Notes: generated by a model not told the origin, from the sequence alone. A DNA stretch of 64,000 nt from Euzebyales bacterium (GCA_035461305.1 DATHVN010000050.1:801-64800); one strand, 5' to 3'. Positions 48,963-58,561 are shown, counted from the first letter of the stretch. Made by a program: numbers and translations.

Positions 48963-49950
48963 TTGTGCTTCGTGGTCGCCGACTTCGCCAGGGTGTTCTA
49001 CGTGCTCGACGGGGCGGGAGGCCTGAACCTGAGCGCGACCGGGCGCGTGCTCGTCGCGTGGTGCGGGTTCGCGTGGGTGCCGGCGCTCATCCTCATGACA
49101 GTGTTCCTGCCGCGCGTGTTCCATCGGGTCGGCCGCCGGGATGGCGCTGGTGGCTGGCCGGAGCGCTCGGCGTGGCAGCGCTGGGCATGTGGCTCGTCGC
49201 CGTGGGGATCGATGCGGTGACCAGGCCGGCGGATGAGATCCTCTACGGCCGATCGTGGATCGTCCTGCTCGCCCTGCTGATCGCGGGGGGTGGTGGGTGC
49301 CATGTCGTCCGTCGTGTTCCGCTACCACTGGGCGGGCGACGTCGAGCGGCGGCAGCTGCGGTGGGTGTCGTTCGCGTTCGCCGTGGTCTGTCTGGTGGTC
49401 GGCAGCTCCCTCACGTCACCGGCGCAGGTGGTGTTCAGCTCGGCCACGGGGCAGGCCCTGCTCGTCGGCCTCATGGGCCTGATCGGTGTCGATCGGGATC
49501 GCGATCACCCGGTACCGGCTGTACGAGATCGACCGCATCATCAGCCGGACTGCGTCGTACGTGTTGCTGACGGGTGTCCTGGCCGCCGTGTACGTCGTCG
49601 TCGTGGTCGCGCTCCAGCACTTCCTGGCGCCGGTCACGGGCCGGTCCGAGCTGGCGGTCGCTGGGGCGACGCTGACCGTGGCCGTGGCGTTCGGTCCCGC
49701 CCGCGCCCGCCTGCAGTCGGCGGTTGACCGGCGGTTCAACCGCGCCCGGTACGACGCGCAGCACACGGTCGATGCACTGCGCCTGCGGCTGCGGAACGAG
49801 GTGACCCTGGACCACGTGGCTGCCGTGCTCGTCGACGCGGTGCGCACGACGGTGCATCCCGCGGCGGTGTCGCTGTGGCTCAACCGCGCCACGGCTGCGC
49901 GGAACACGATGTCGGTTCGACCCGCACGGGACGACGACACCGGGCTGTGA
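48963..49950 (+). pseudogene. Multi-TM sensor-type membrane protein (N-terminal module common in actinobacterial sensor kinases), with three frameshifts and no kinase domain
   Basis: The segments lie in ORFs 48963.., 48914.., 49290.. and 49486.. (..ITRYRLYEIDRIISRTASYVLLTG..DRRFNRARYDAQHTVDAL..). The breaks are near 49110-49125, at the G6 run 49285-49290, and near 49478-49495. Confidence 0.6.
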
Positions 49951-50079
49951 CCGCTGCCGGCCATGGAGTGGGTCGCCACGTGCGAGACTTCACGGGCCTG
50001 GTTCCGCGAGCTTGGTCGTCTCGCTGGCGCTCGACCTCAACGGCCCAGGGACGGCTCCGCCGGACAGAGGACTTCCCGC

Positions 50080-50883
50080 ATGGGCGAGGTGAGCGGTGAG
50101 GACGTCGCGCGGTACCGGCGCGACGGGGCGATCTGCGTGCGTGGCGTGTTCGACGGCGACCAGATCACGGTCGTGCGTCGGATCGTCGATGCCGTGCTGG
50201 CCGACCCCGGCCCGCATGGCCAGACCGCGAGCCGGCCGGGCGAGCCGGCGTTCTTCGAGGACTTCTGCAACTGGCAGCGACACCCCGACCTGCGCGATGT
50301 GATCGATCGCGCGGGGCTGCCGGCGCTGTGCGGCCGGCTGATGGGGTCCGACGAGGTGCGCCTGTACCACGACCACGTGCTGGTCAAGGAGCCGGGCGCG
50401 CGCCAGGCGACGCCGTGGCACCAGGACCAGCCGTTCTACAACGTCGCCGGTCGGCAGAACATCAGCGCGTGGATCCCCGTCGACCCGGTGACCCGGACCA
50501 CGACGTTGGAGTTCGTCGCCGGCTCGCACGACGGCACCTGGTACCTGCCGACCACGTTCCTGGACCGGCAGGCCCAGTGGTTCCCGGAGGGCAGCCTGGC
50601 GCCCGTGCCCGACGTCGACCCCGCTACCGACCGGGTGCTGGGCTGGGCTCTGGAGCCGGGCGACGTGGTGCTGTTCCACATGCTCACCCTGCACGCCGCC
50701 GCGGGCAATGACATGCGCCACCCTCGCCGCGCGCTCTCGCTGCGGTTCCTGGGTGACGACGCGACGCACGCGCCGCGCCCATGGACCACGTCGCCGCCCT
50801 TTCACGGCCTCGACGAGGAGCTGCGGGCGGGGGCGCCGATGGATCACCCGCTGTTCCCGTTGCTGTGGACGGGGCGCCGGTAG
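50080..50883 (+). CDS. Phytanoyl-CoA dioxygenase (PhyH) family Fe(II)/2-oxoglutarate oxygenase
   Basis: ATPWHQDQPF, LTLHAAAGN, RRALSLRF. Confidence 0.85.
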   Translation: MGEVSGEDVARYRRDGAICVRGVFDGDQITVVRRIVDAVLADPGPHGQTASRPGEPAFFEDFCNWQRHPDLRDVIDRAGLPALCGRLMGSDEVRLYHDHVLVKEPGARQATPWHQDQPFYNVAGRQNISAWIPVDPVTRTTTLEFVAGSHDGTWYLPTTFLDRQAQWFPEGSLAPVPDVDPATDRVLGWALEPGDVVLFHMLTLHAAAGNDMRHPRRALSLRFLGDDATHAPRPWTTSPPFHGLDEELRAGAPMDHPLFPLLWTGRR

Positions 50884-51521
50884 TCCACCGCGTAGGCCGG
50901 CGCGTCGACGCCGGCGGGCGTGTGCTCGTCGGCGACGGGCGGCCCGATCGTCGTCGCGACCGGCAGCACGCCCGCCCACGAGCCGGCGTTGAGGTCGATC
51001 TCGTCGTCGACGGGTGGTCCGGTCCGCAGCTTCACCGATGCCTCCGACAGGTCGACCGCGACGATCGCCGTGGCCGCGGCCTCCTTGCGGTTGGGGTGGC
51101 GGACGTCGACCCACCGCCCCGGCACCAGGTGGTCGACGATCACCTCGAACGCGTGCCGGCGCTCGTCAGCACCGGTCACCGGGCGGGCCGTACCGAGCAC
51201 GACGGCCGAGCGATAGTTCATCGAGTGGTGCATCACCGAGCGTGCGAGCACCAGGCCGTCGAGCAGGGTGACCGTGACGCACACCGGCGCGCCGGTGGCG
51301 AGGTGGCGCATCATGCGGCTGCCGGTCGCGCCGTGGAGGTACAGCACGTCGCCGTCGCGACCATAGGCGGTCGGGATGACCACGGGGCTGCCGGCGTCGA
51401 CGAAACCGACATGGCAGACCAACCCCTCGTCGAGCACCTCGTACAGCGTCGCCGGGTCGTGTGCGGCACGCTGCGGGCTGCGGCGCACCCGAGTCCGCTG
51501 GGTCTGAGACAGCCCGACCAT
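50844..51521 (-). CDS. Pyridoxamine 5'-phosphate oxidase-family (FMN-binding split-barrel) protein
   Basis: LVCHVGFVDAGSPVVIPTAYGRDGDVLYLHGATGSRM.. Its 3' end overlaps the PhyH 3' end by 40 nt. Confidence 0.8.
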   Translation of the reverse strand: MVGLSQTQRTRVRRSPQRAAHDPATLYEVLDEGLVCHVGFVDAGSPVVIPTAYGRDGDVLYLHGATGSRMMRHLATGAPVCVTVTLLDGLVLARSVMHHSMNYRSAVVLGTARPVTGADERRHAFEVIVDHLVPGRWVDVRHPNRKEAAATAIVAVDLSEASVKLRTGPPVDDEIDLNAGSWAGVLPVATTIGPPVADEHTPAGVDAPAYAVDYRRPVHSNGNSG

Positions 51522-51550
51522 CGTGATCCCATCTGTTATAGTACAGATGA

Positions 51551-52870
51551 ATGACTGTACGTGAACAGTATAGGATCACCGGTCACACACGCCAGGAGAT
51601 CGTGGCTACCGTCGAGACCGGTGTGGAGTCGGGAGCGCTCGCGGCCGGCCTGGTGCTGCCCTCGGTGCGGACCCTCGCCGGCGATCTGGGGGTCAGCCCG
51701 GCGACGGTCGCCGCGGCGTACCGCGATCTGCGTGGTCGTGGCATCGTGACCAGCCGGCCCCGCAGCGGCGTGCAGGTTGCCCACCGCCCACCGCTGGAGG
51801 CCCCCTTGGTGCCGTCGGTGCCCGACGGCGTGGTCGATCTCGCGACGGGCAATCCCGATCCGATGCTGCTGCCGCCGCTGCCCGCGATCGCGCCACCCGA
51901 CCGACCGCGGCTGTACGGCGAGCCACCGGACCTGCCGGCGCTGCTCGATGCCGTCGGCGACGACCTCGAGGCCGACGGGGTGCGGACCGGCCACCTCGTG
52001 GTCACGAGCGGGGCGCTCGACGGCATCGACCGCCTGCTCGATGTGCACGTGCGCCGCGGCGACCGGGTCGCGGTCGAGGATCCGTGCTGGACGGGCACGC
52101 GCGACCTGCTGCGGCTGCGGGGGCTGGAGGCCGTCCCCGTCGCGGTCGACGACCGCGGCATGACGCCCGAGGCGCTGGAGGCGGCGCTGCGCGACGGTGT
52201 CGCGGCCATGTTGCTCACACCTCGCGCGCACAACCCGGCCGGTGCTGCACTGGACCCCGAGCGGGCAACGGCGTTGCGCGACCTGCTCGTCGACGCACCG
52301 GAGGTGGTGGTCATCGAGGACGACCACTCCGCCGTCGTCAGCGGTGCGGCTTACCACACGCTGTCGTCAGGCCGGCCGCGCTGGGCGGTGATGCGGTCGA
52401 TGGCCAAGGCGCTGGGCCCCGACCTTCGCGTCGCTGTGATGGCGGGGGATCGCCAAACCGTCGCGCGGGTCGCGGGCCGCCTGCGACTCGGCCCGGGGTG
52501 GGTCAGCACCATCCTCCAGCGGCTCGCCGCGACGATGCTCACCGACCCGGACGTGGTGGCCCTGCTTGCCGACGCGGCGCGGACCTACACGCGGCGTCGC
52601 GCCGCGCTGCTCGACGCCCTGCGCGACGTCGGGGTGGACGCCATGGGTCGGTCCGGGTTCAACGTCTGGGTGCCGGTGCCGCAGGAGGCACCACTGGTGG
52701 CCGGGATGGAACGCGCCGGCTGGGCGGTGCGCGCGGGCGAGCCGTTCCGGCTGGACGCCGGGCCGGGCCTGCGGATCACGAGCGCATCGCTGGATCCGCG
52801 TGACGCGGCACGGGTCGCCGGCGACCTGGCGGCACTTCTGCATGGCCCCGAGCGCACGCGCCTGGGATGA
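51551..52870 (+). CDS. MocR/PdxR-type regulator (GntR wHTH fused to an aminotransferase-like domain)
   Basis: LPSVRTLAGDLGVSPATVAAAYRDLRGRGIV plus a fold-type-I domain with SMAKALGPDLR (Lys). Confidence 0.85.
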   Translation: MTVREQYRITGHTRQEIVATVETGVESGALAAGLVLPSVRTLAGDLGVSPATVAAAYRDLRGRGIVTSRPRSGVQVAHRPPLEAPLVPSVPDGVVDLATGNPDPMLLPPLPAIAPPDRPRLYGEPPDLPALLDAVGDDLEADGVRTGHLVVTSGALDGIDRLLDVHVRRGDRVAVEDPCWTGTRDLLRLRGLEAVPVAVDDRGMTPEALEAALRDGVAAMLLTPRAHNPAGAALDPERATALRDLLVDAPEVVVIEDDHSAVVSGAAYHTLSSGRPRWAVMRSMAKALGPDLRVAVMAGDRQTVARVAGRLRLGPGWVSTILQRLAATMLTDPDVVALLADAARTYTRRRAALLDALRDVGVDAMGRSGFNVWVPVPQEAPLVAGMERAGWAVRAGEPFRLDAGPGLRITSASLDPRDAARVAGDLAALLHGPERTRLG

Positions 52871-52990
52871 CGACCACCGACGTCGCCCTGTCGCGGCCGA
52901 TAGCCGAGACGTTAGCCTACAAAGGTTGGGCACCCGGGTGACCGGTGAGCCCACCAGACGCAAGGCGGAGCCATCAAGAGGACACCGACG

Positions 52991-54001
52991 TTGCAGGAGG
53001 TCGCCGAGGCCGCCCAGGTGCACGTCTCGACGGTGTCTCGCGCGTTGGATCCGGCGAAGGCGTCGCTCGTCAGCGAGGCGACGCGCACACGCGTGGTGCA
53101 GGTCGCCGAGGAGCTCGGCTACCGCCCGCACCTCATCGCGAGCCAGCTGCGCCGCGGTCAGACCCAGACGGTCGGGGTGGTGGTGCCCGACCTCGGCAAC
53201 CCGCTGTACGCGCCGTTCGTGCGCGGTGTCGCGCACGCGCTCGACGAGCACGGCTACCTCCCCCTCGTCGCCGACACCCAGGATGACCACGACCGATTCC
53301 GACGGACGCTGCGCCACCTGTGGAGCCGCCGCGTCGACGCGGTCATCACGACGGCGGCCCGCATCTCCGACCGCGAGGCCGTGTGCGAGCTCGCCGACCA
53401 GGGCCTGCCGATCGTGCTCGCGGTCCGCACGCTGCCGGGCAGCGGCCTGCCGACCGTCGACCACGATGACACCGAAGGCGGGCGATTGGCGGCGCAGCAC
53501 CTGATCGAGCTCGGCCACCGGCGCGTGCTGCAGCTGAAGGGCCCACCGGACGTCACGCCGTTCCTGCACCGTGGGCACGGGTTCTCGACCGCGGTGGCGG
53601 CGGCCCGGTGCGAGGAGGTCGAGCCACCGGTCACGGCGACCCACCCGACGGTCGGCGAGGGTCGGCGGCTGATGCGGGCCGTGCTGGCCCTCCCCGGACC
53701 GCTGCCCACCGGCATGTTCGCCCAGAACGACCTGCTCGCGCTCGGCGCGCTGGAGGTGCTGCGCGACCGCGGCCTGTGGTGTCCCGACGACGTGTCGATG
53801 GTCGGCTACAACGACAACTTCTACGCGGCGCACGCGCGGCCGGCGATGACCGCGATCCGGCTTCCCGGCTATGACATCGGTCAGCTCGCCGGGGCGATGG
53901 CCATGGAGCACATCCGTGCGCCCAGCGGCGCGGAGACGTCGGTGTCGACTGCGCCCGTCCTGCTGGTCCGGGAGTCCGCGGGACCGCCGCCCGAACGTTG
54001 A
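52991..54001 (+). CDS. LacI-family transcriptional regulator (2)
   Basis: LQEVAEAAQVHVSTVSRALD. The TTG start is the only candidate after the in-frame stop at 52946, so it is uncertain. Confidence 0.8.
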   Translation: MQEVAEAAQVHVSTVSRALDPAKASLVSEATRTRVVQVAEELGYRPHLIASQLRRGQTQTVGVVVPDLGNPLYAPFVRGVAHALDEHGYLPLVADTQDDHDRFRRTLRHLWSRRVDAVITTAARISDREAVCELADQGLPIVLAVRTLPGSGLPTVDHDDTEGGRLAAQHLIELGHRRVLQLKGPPDVTPFLHRGHGFSTAVAAARCEEVEPPVTATHPTVGEGRRLMRAVLALPGPLPTGMFAQNDLLALGALEVLRDRGLWCPDDVSMVGYNDNFYAAHARPAMTAIRLPGYDIGQLAGAMAMEHIRAPSGAETSVSTAPVLLVRESAGPPPER

Positions 54002-54036
54002 CGCGGACGGCCCGCTGGCCTAGGCTGCGGACAGGG

Positions 54037-54050
54037 AGCAATCGATTGCA
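54037..54050. promoter_or_regulatory. LacI-type operator H
   Basis: AGCAATCGATTGCA, whose inner 12 bp form a perfect palindrome. It ends 11 nt before ATG 54062. Confidence 0.6.
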
Positions 54051-54061
54051 GAGGTACTGGG

Positions 54062-55312
54062 ATGTCGGAGTTCGCACAGACAGACATCGCTGCCCCGGGG
54101 GTCATGGCGGTCGACTGGGAGGAGCGGGTCAACTTCGATCGACTCCGCTCCTACCGCCTGGAACGGGCCCGGGAGGCGCTGGACAACTCGGACCTCGGGG
54201 CGGTCCTGTGCTTCGAGACGTCCAACATCCGGTATCTGACCGGGACGCACATCGGCTACTGGGCATGGAACAAGGCGGAGCGCTACTCGCTGCTGACCCG
54301 CACTGGTGAACCGTGGATCTGGGACTTCGGATCCGCCGCCAAGGCGCACCGCCTGCAGTGCCCCTGGCTCGACCCCGAGCACAGCCGCGGCGGCAACACG
54401 GGCCTGCAGGGTGCGATCGCGCCGAGGTCGGGCCTGCCGGAGCGCGCCGCACGCGAGATCAAGCAGGTGCTCGTCGACGAGGGTGTCGCCGACGAGGCGC
54501 TGGGGGTCGACATCGTCGAGATGCCGATCCTCGCGGCCCTCCAGGACCAGGGGATCACGGTCCGCGACGGCCAGCAGACCATGCTGGCGGCAAGGCAGAT
54601 CAAGAGCCCGGACGAGATCCTGCTGCTCAGCCAGGCGTGCGCGATGGTCGACGGCGTCTACCAGGACATCTACGAGGCGCTCAAGCCGGGCCTGCGCGAG
54701 AGCGACATCGTGGCGCTGGCCACCAAGCGCCTGATCGAGATGGGGTCCGAGCACGTCGAGGCGATCAACTCGATCGCCGGCGAGCGCTGCAGCCCGCACC
54801 CGCACGTCTACTCCGACCGGCTGATCCGCCCCGGCGACCAGGCCTACTTCGACATCATCCATGTCTTCAACGGCTATCGGACCTGCTACTACCGCACGTT
54901 CGCCGTGGGGCGGGCGACGTCGGCCCACCACGACGCCTACCGGAAGGCGCGCGAATGGATCGACGCCGCGATCGAGCTGGTCAAGCCCGGCGTCACCACC
55001 GACGAGATCGCGAGGGCCTGGCCCGAGGCACCCGAGTTCGGGTTCCCCGACGAGATGGAGGCGTTCGGCCTGCAGTTCGGCCACGGCGTGGGCGTCGGCC
55101 TCCACGAGCCGCCAATCATCAGCCGGCTCAACTCGCTGGACCACCCGATCGAGCTACAGGAGGGCATGGTCTTCGCGCTCGAGACCTTCTGCCCGGCCAC
55201 CGACGGCCATTCGGCCGCGCGGATCGAGGAGGAGGTCGTCTGCACCGCCGACGGGGCCAAGCTGCTGACGCTGTTCCCCGCCGAGGAGCTCGTGATCACC
55301 AACAGGTACTGA
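54062..55312 (+). CDS. M24-family metallohydrolase (creatinase/prolidase fold, possibly a non-peptidase member)
   Basis: FDIIHVFNGYRTCYYRTF, FGHGVGVGLHEPP, ALETF, RIEEEV. Confidence 0.8.
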   Translation: MSEFAQTDIAAPGVMAVDWEERVNFDRLRSYRLERAREALDNSDLGAVLCFETSNIRYLTGTHIGYWAWNKAERYSLLTRTGEPWIWDFGSAAKAHRLQCPWLDPEHSRGGNTGLQGAIAPRSGLPERAAREIKQVLVDEGVADEALGVDIVEMPILAALQDQGITVRDGQQTMLAARQIKSPDEILLLSQACAMVDGVYQDIYEALKPGLRESDIVALATKRLIEMGSEHVEAINSIAGERCSPHPHVYSDRLIRPGDQAYFDIIHVFNGYRTCYYRTFAVGRATSAHHDAYRKAREWIDAAIELVKPGVTTDEIARAWPEAPEFGFPDEMEAFGLQFGHGVGVGLHEPPIISRLNSLDHPIELQEGMVFALETFCPATDGHSAARIEEEVVCTADGAKLLTLFPAEELVITNRY

Positions 55313-55402
55313 GCACGCCAGGACAGGACCTGCGCCGACGGCTCCCCGCCCCCGAGGGAGCCGCGCGGCGCGGCGGATGCAGCGGTCGAGCGGAGCGAGA
55401 CG

Positions 55403-56440
55403 ATGACGTTCACGGACACGACACCACCCCAGGAACGGATGATCACCGAGGTCGGACAGCGCCCCGACAAGACGATGCGTCTGGCCTTGTACCGGCTGAT
55501 GGTGCGGATGCGCGCCTTCGAGGAACGCGCGTACAAGCTGTTCATGCGCGGGCTGGTCAAGGGCACCTCGCACCTGGGCATCGGCATGGAGGCCATCGCG
55601 GCCGGTGCCGCCATCGCCATGCGGGCGGACGACTGGACGTTCTGCACCTACCGCGGGCACAACCACACGCTCGCGCGCGGCGCCTCGATGGCCGCGCTGC
55701 TCGGCGAGCTGATGGGCCGCAGCAACGGTATCTGCGGCGGCAAAGGCGGGTCGATGCACCTGACCAGTGTCGAGCACGGCGCGATGGGGTCCTACGCGAT
55801 CGTAGGCGCCCACCTGCCGATCGCGGCGGGCGCGGCGTGGTCCGCGCAGGTGCGCGGCAGCGGCCAGGTGGCGGTGTGCTTCTTCGGTGACGGGGCGACC
55901 AACATCGGTGCGTTTCACGAGGCCCTGAACCTCGCGGTGGTCTGGCAGCTGCCGGTGGTCTTCGTCTGCGAGAACAACCTGTACATGGAGTACACGCCGA
56001 TCGGGTCGGTCACAGCTGTGCCGCACCCGGCAGCGGACCGCGCCGCCGCGTACGGCCTGGACTCGATCCTGCTCGACGGCAACAACGTCGAGGTGACCTA
56101 CGAGCACGTTGGCAAGGCCCTCACCAGGGCCCGTGAGGGTGGCGGGCCGACCCTGATCGAGGCCGAGACCTACCGCCACGGAGGGCACTCGCGCGCTGAC
56201 CCGGGCAAGTACCGGCCGCAGGAGGAGGTCGACTCGTGGCTGTCGCGGGACCCGATCCCCGCCTACCGGGAGCTGCTGATCTCCGACGGGGTCGACGCGT
56301 GGACGCTTGACAACATCGACGCCGACGCGGCGAGCGAGGTCGACGATGCGACAGAGCAGGCCCAGGCGGCGCCGCCGCCGGACCCGTCGGTGATCACCAC
56401 GGACGTGTGGGCGGATGGAGGGTCGGCATGGCGGAACTGA
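55403..56440 (+). CDS. TPP-dependent 2-oxoacid/acetoin dehydrogenase E1 alpha subunit
   Basis: FFGDGATNIGAFHEALNLA, YRHGGHS. Confidence 0.9.
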   Translation: MTFTDTTPPQERMITEVGQRPDKTMRLALYRLMVRMRAFEERAYKLFMRGLVKGTSHLGIGMEAIAAGAAIAMRADDWTFCTYRGHNHTLARGASMAALLGELMGRSNGICGGKGGSMHLTSVEHGAMGSYAIVGAHLPIAAGAAWSAQVRGSGQVAVCFFGDGATNIGAFHEALNLAVVWQLPVVFVCENNLYMEYTPIGSVTAVPHPAADRAAAYGLDSILLDGNNVEVTYEHVGKALTRAREGGGPTLIEAETYRHGGHSRADPGKYRPQEEVDSWLSRDPIPAYRELLISDGVDAWTLDNIDADAASEVDDATEQAQAAPPPDPSVITTDVWADGGSAWRN

Positions 56441-57399
56441 GCTACCGCGACGCGGTCGCGTACGGCCTGGCGCAGGAGATGCGCCGCGACGACCGCGTGT
56501 ACCTCATCGGCGAGGACATCGCCGACGCCGGCGGCGTGTTCAAGACGACGCCGGGGCTGGTCGAGGAGTTCGGTGACCGACGCGTGCGCGACACTCCGAT
56601 CTCCGAGGAGGCGATCACCGGCGCGGTGATGGGAGCCGCCATGACCGGCCTGCGGCCGGTTGCCGAGATCATGTTCTCGGACTTCTTCGCCACCTGCTGG
56701 GACATCGTCGCGAACCAGATCGCCAAGACCCGCTACATGACGGCAGGGCAGGTCACCCTGCCCCTGGTCGTCAAGACCGCCAACGGCGGGGGTCTGCGGT
56801 TCGGGGCCCAGCACTCCCAGAGCATCGAGAACTGGGCGATGATGATCCCCGGCCTGAAGGTGGTCGCGCCGTCGACGCCGGTGGACGTGGTCGGGCTGCT
56901 GGCGGCGTCCATCCGCGATGACGACCCGGTGATCTTCTTCGAACACAAGGGCCTGTACGCGTCGAAGGGGGAGATCCCCGACGGCGAGATCGTCGACGAG
57001 CTGGGCGCGGCCAAGGTGCTGCGCGAGGGCACCGACGTGACCATCGTCGCGCTGGCCGCGATGGTCCCGCGCGCGGTCGAGGCGGCCGACCGGCTTGCCG
57101 GCGAGGGCATCAGCGCCGAGGTCGTCGATGTGCGCAGCCTGGTCCCGCTCGACACCCAGACGCTCTGCGGGTCGGTGTCGAAGACCAGCAAGCTGGTCAC
57201 CGTCGAGGAGAACCCGCGGCTGTGTGGCTGGGGTGCCGAGCTTGTGTCGATCGTCGTCGGGGAGTGCTTCTGGAACCTCGACGGGCCACCGACGCGGGTC
57301 ACGACACCGCACGTCCCGTTGCCCAGCGCGGACGACCTCGAGGACCAGACCATCCCCACCGTGGACCGCATCGTCGAGGCGACGCGGAAGGTCATGTGA
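56428..57399 (+). CDS. 2-oxoacid/acetoin dehydrogenase E1 beta subunit
   Basis: IGEDIADAGGVFKTT.., RVRDTPISEEAI. Confidence 0.9.
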   Translation: MAELSYRDAVAYGLAQEMRRDDRVYLIGEDIADAGGVFKTTPGLVEEFGDRRVRDTPISEEAITGAVMGAAMTGLRPVAEIMFSDFFATCWDIVANQIAKTRYMTAGQVTLPLVVKTANGGGLRFGAQHSQSIENWAMMIPGLKVVAPSTPVDVVGLLAASIRDDDPVIFFEHKGLYASKGEIPDGEIVDELGAAKVLREGTDVTIVALAAMVPRAVEAADRLAGEGISAEVVDVRSLVPLDTQTLCGSVSKTSKLVTVEENPRLCGWGAELVSIVVGECFWNLDGPPTRVTTPHVPLPSADDLEDQTIPTVDRIVEATRKVM

Positions 57400-58561
57400 T
57401 GACTGCGCTTCCGCTGCCGGTCCCCACCGAGCTGCGGATCGGCGGGGAGCTGACCACGGCGCCGTCGGGCGGCAATCGGATCATTGCGATCCGCCAGCCG
57501 TCGGGGTCGCTGTGTTGGTGACGCCGTGGAACTTCCCGGCCGCGATGGCCACCCGCAAGATCGACCCCGCGCTCGAGGCGGGCTGCACGGTGGTGCTCAG
57601 GCCCGCGTCGGACACGCCGCGGATGGCGCTGGCGGTCGGTGACCTGCTCACCGAGGCGGGTGTTCCCCCGGGTGTGGTCAACGTGGTGCCGGCGCGGCGC
57701 TCGGGTCCGGTGGTCAATACGATGCTTGCGCACCCCGCGACGCGCAAGCTGTCGTTCACCGGCTCCACGGAGGTCGGGCGGATCCTGCTGAAGCAGGCGG
57801 CGTCGCGCGTCCTGGACTGCTCGATGGAGCTGGGAGGCAACGCGCCGTTCCTGGCCTTCGCCGACGCCGACCTCGTCGCCGCCGTCGAAGGTGCGCTGGT
57901 CGCCAGGATGCGCAACGCCGGGGAGTCGTGCATCGCCGCGAACCGCTTCCTGGTCGAAGCGCCCGTCGCCGACGACTTCTCCGTCCGGTTCGCCCGGCGC
58001 ATGGCCGCGCTGCTCGTCGACCCGGGCATCGACCTCCACAGCGACGTGGGGCCGATGGTCAACGAGGGCGCGCGCGACGACATCGCCCCGCTGGTCGACA
58101 CCGCGGTCGGCGGCGGTGCGGCGGTGCGCGCCCGCGCCGAGGTGCCCGACCGCCGCGGCTGGTTCTATGCGCCGACCATGCTGGCCGACGGCGCGCCCGA
58201 CAGCGACATCCTGGATCACGAGTTCTTCGGCCCAGTCGTCCCGGTCGTGGCGTTCGACGACGAGGACGGGGCCGTCGTAGCGGCCAACGCCACCGAGGAC
58301 GGCCTGGCCACCTGTCTGTACACCGGCGACCTCGCCCGTGGCCTGCGGGTGTCCGAGGCGCTTGAGACCGGCATGGTCGGGCTCGACCGCGGGTTCATCT
58401 CTGACCGTGCAGCGCCGTTCGGCGGCGTCAAGCAGGAACCGCAGCGAGAGCGCGCGGCGGGGGTGACGCATGTCAGTGCCCGCGGCGGCGTAGGCCGCGA
58501 GGGCGGCCACGACGGCCTGCTGCAGTTCCTGGAGACCAAGTACATCGCGGCGGACTCGTGA
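57399..58561 (+). pseudogene. Succinate-semialdehyde/aldehyde dehydrogenase family gene with an internal deletion of about 115 codons, one frameshift and a 48-nt foreign in-frame insertion
   Basis: The N-terminus MTALPLPVPTELRIGGELTTAPSGGN joins directly to RIIAIRQP. The frame then changes to VGVAVLVTPWNFPAAM..ELGGNAP..NAGESCIAANR... The C-terminus reads GGVKQ[EPQRERAAGVTHVSAR]GGVGREGG. Confidence 0.8.

Noticed and set aside
52918-52930. Ninth LacI-type operator upstream of the second lacI-family gene (TACAAAGGTTGGG)
   Set aside because: The central CG is replaced by GG and the right half-site is poor, so it is too weak to call.
57471-57497. GCAATCGGATCATTGC at the ALDH deletion junction as a LacI-type operator
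   Set aside because: The half sites resemble the operator arms, but the spacing is 6 nt instead of a CG centre, and the site lies inside a coding remnant. It more likely reflects palindromic sequence that promoted the deletion.
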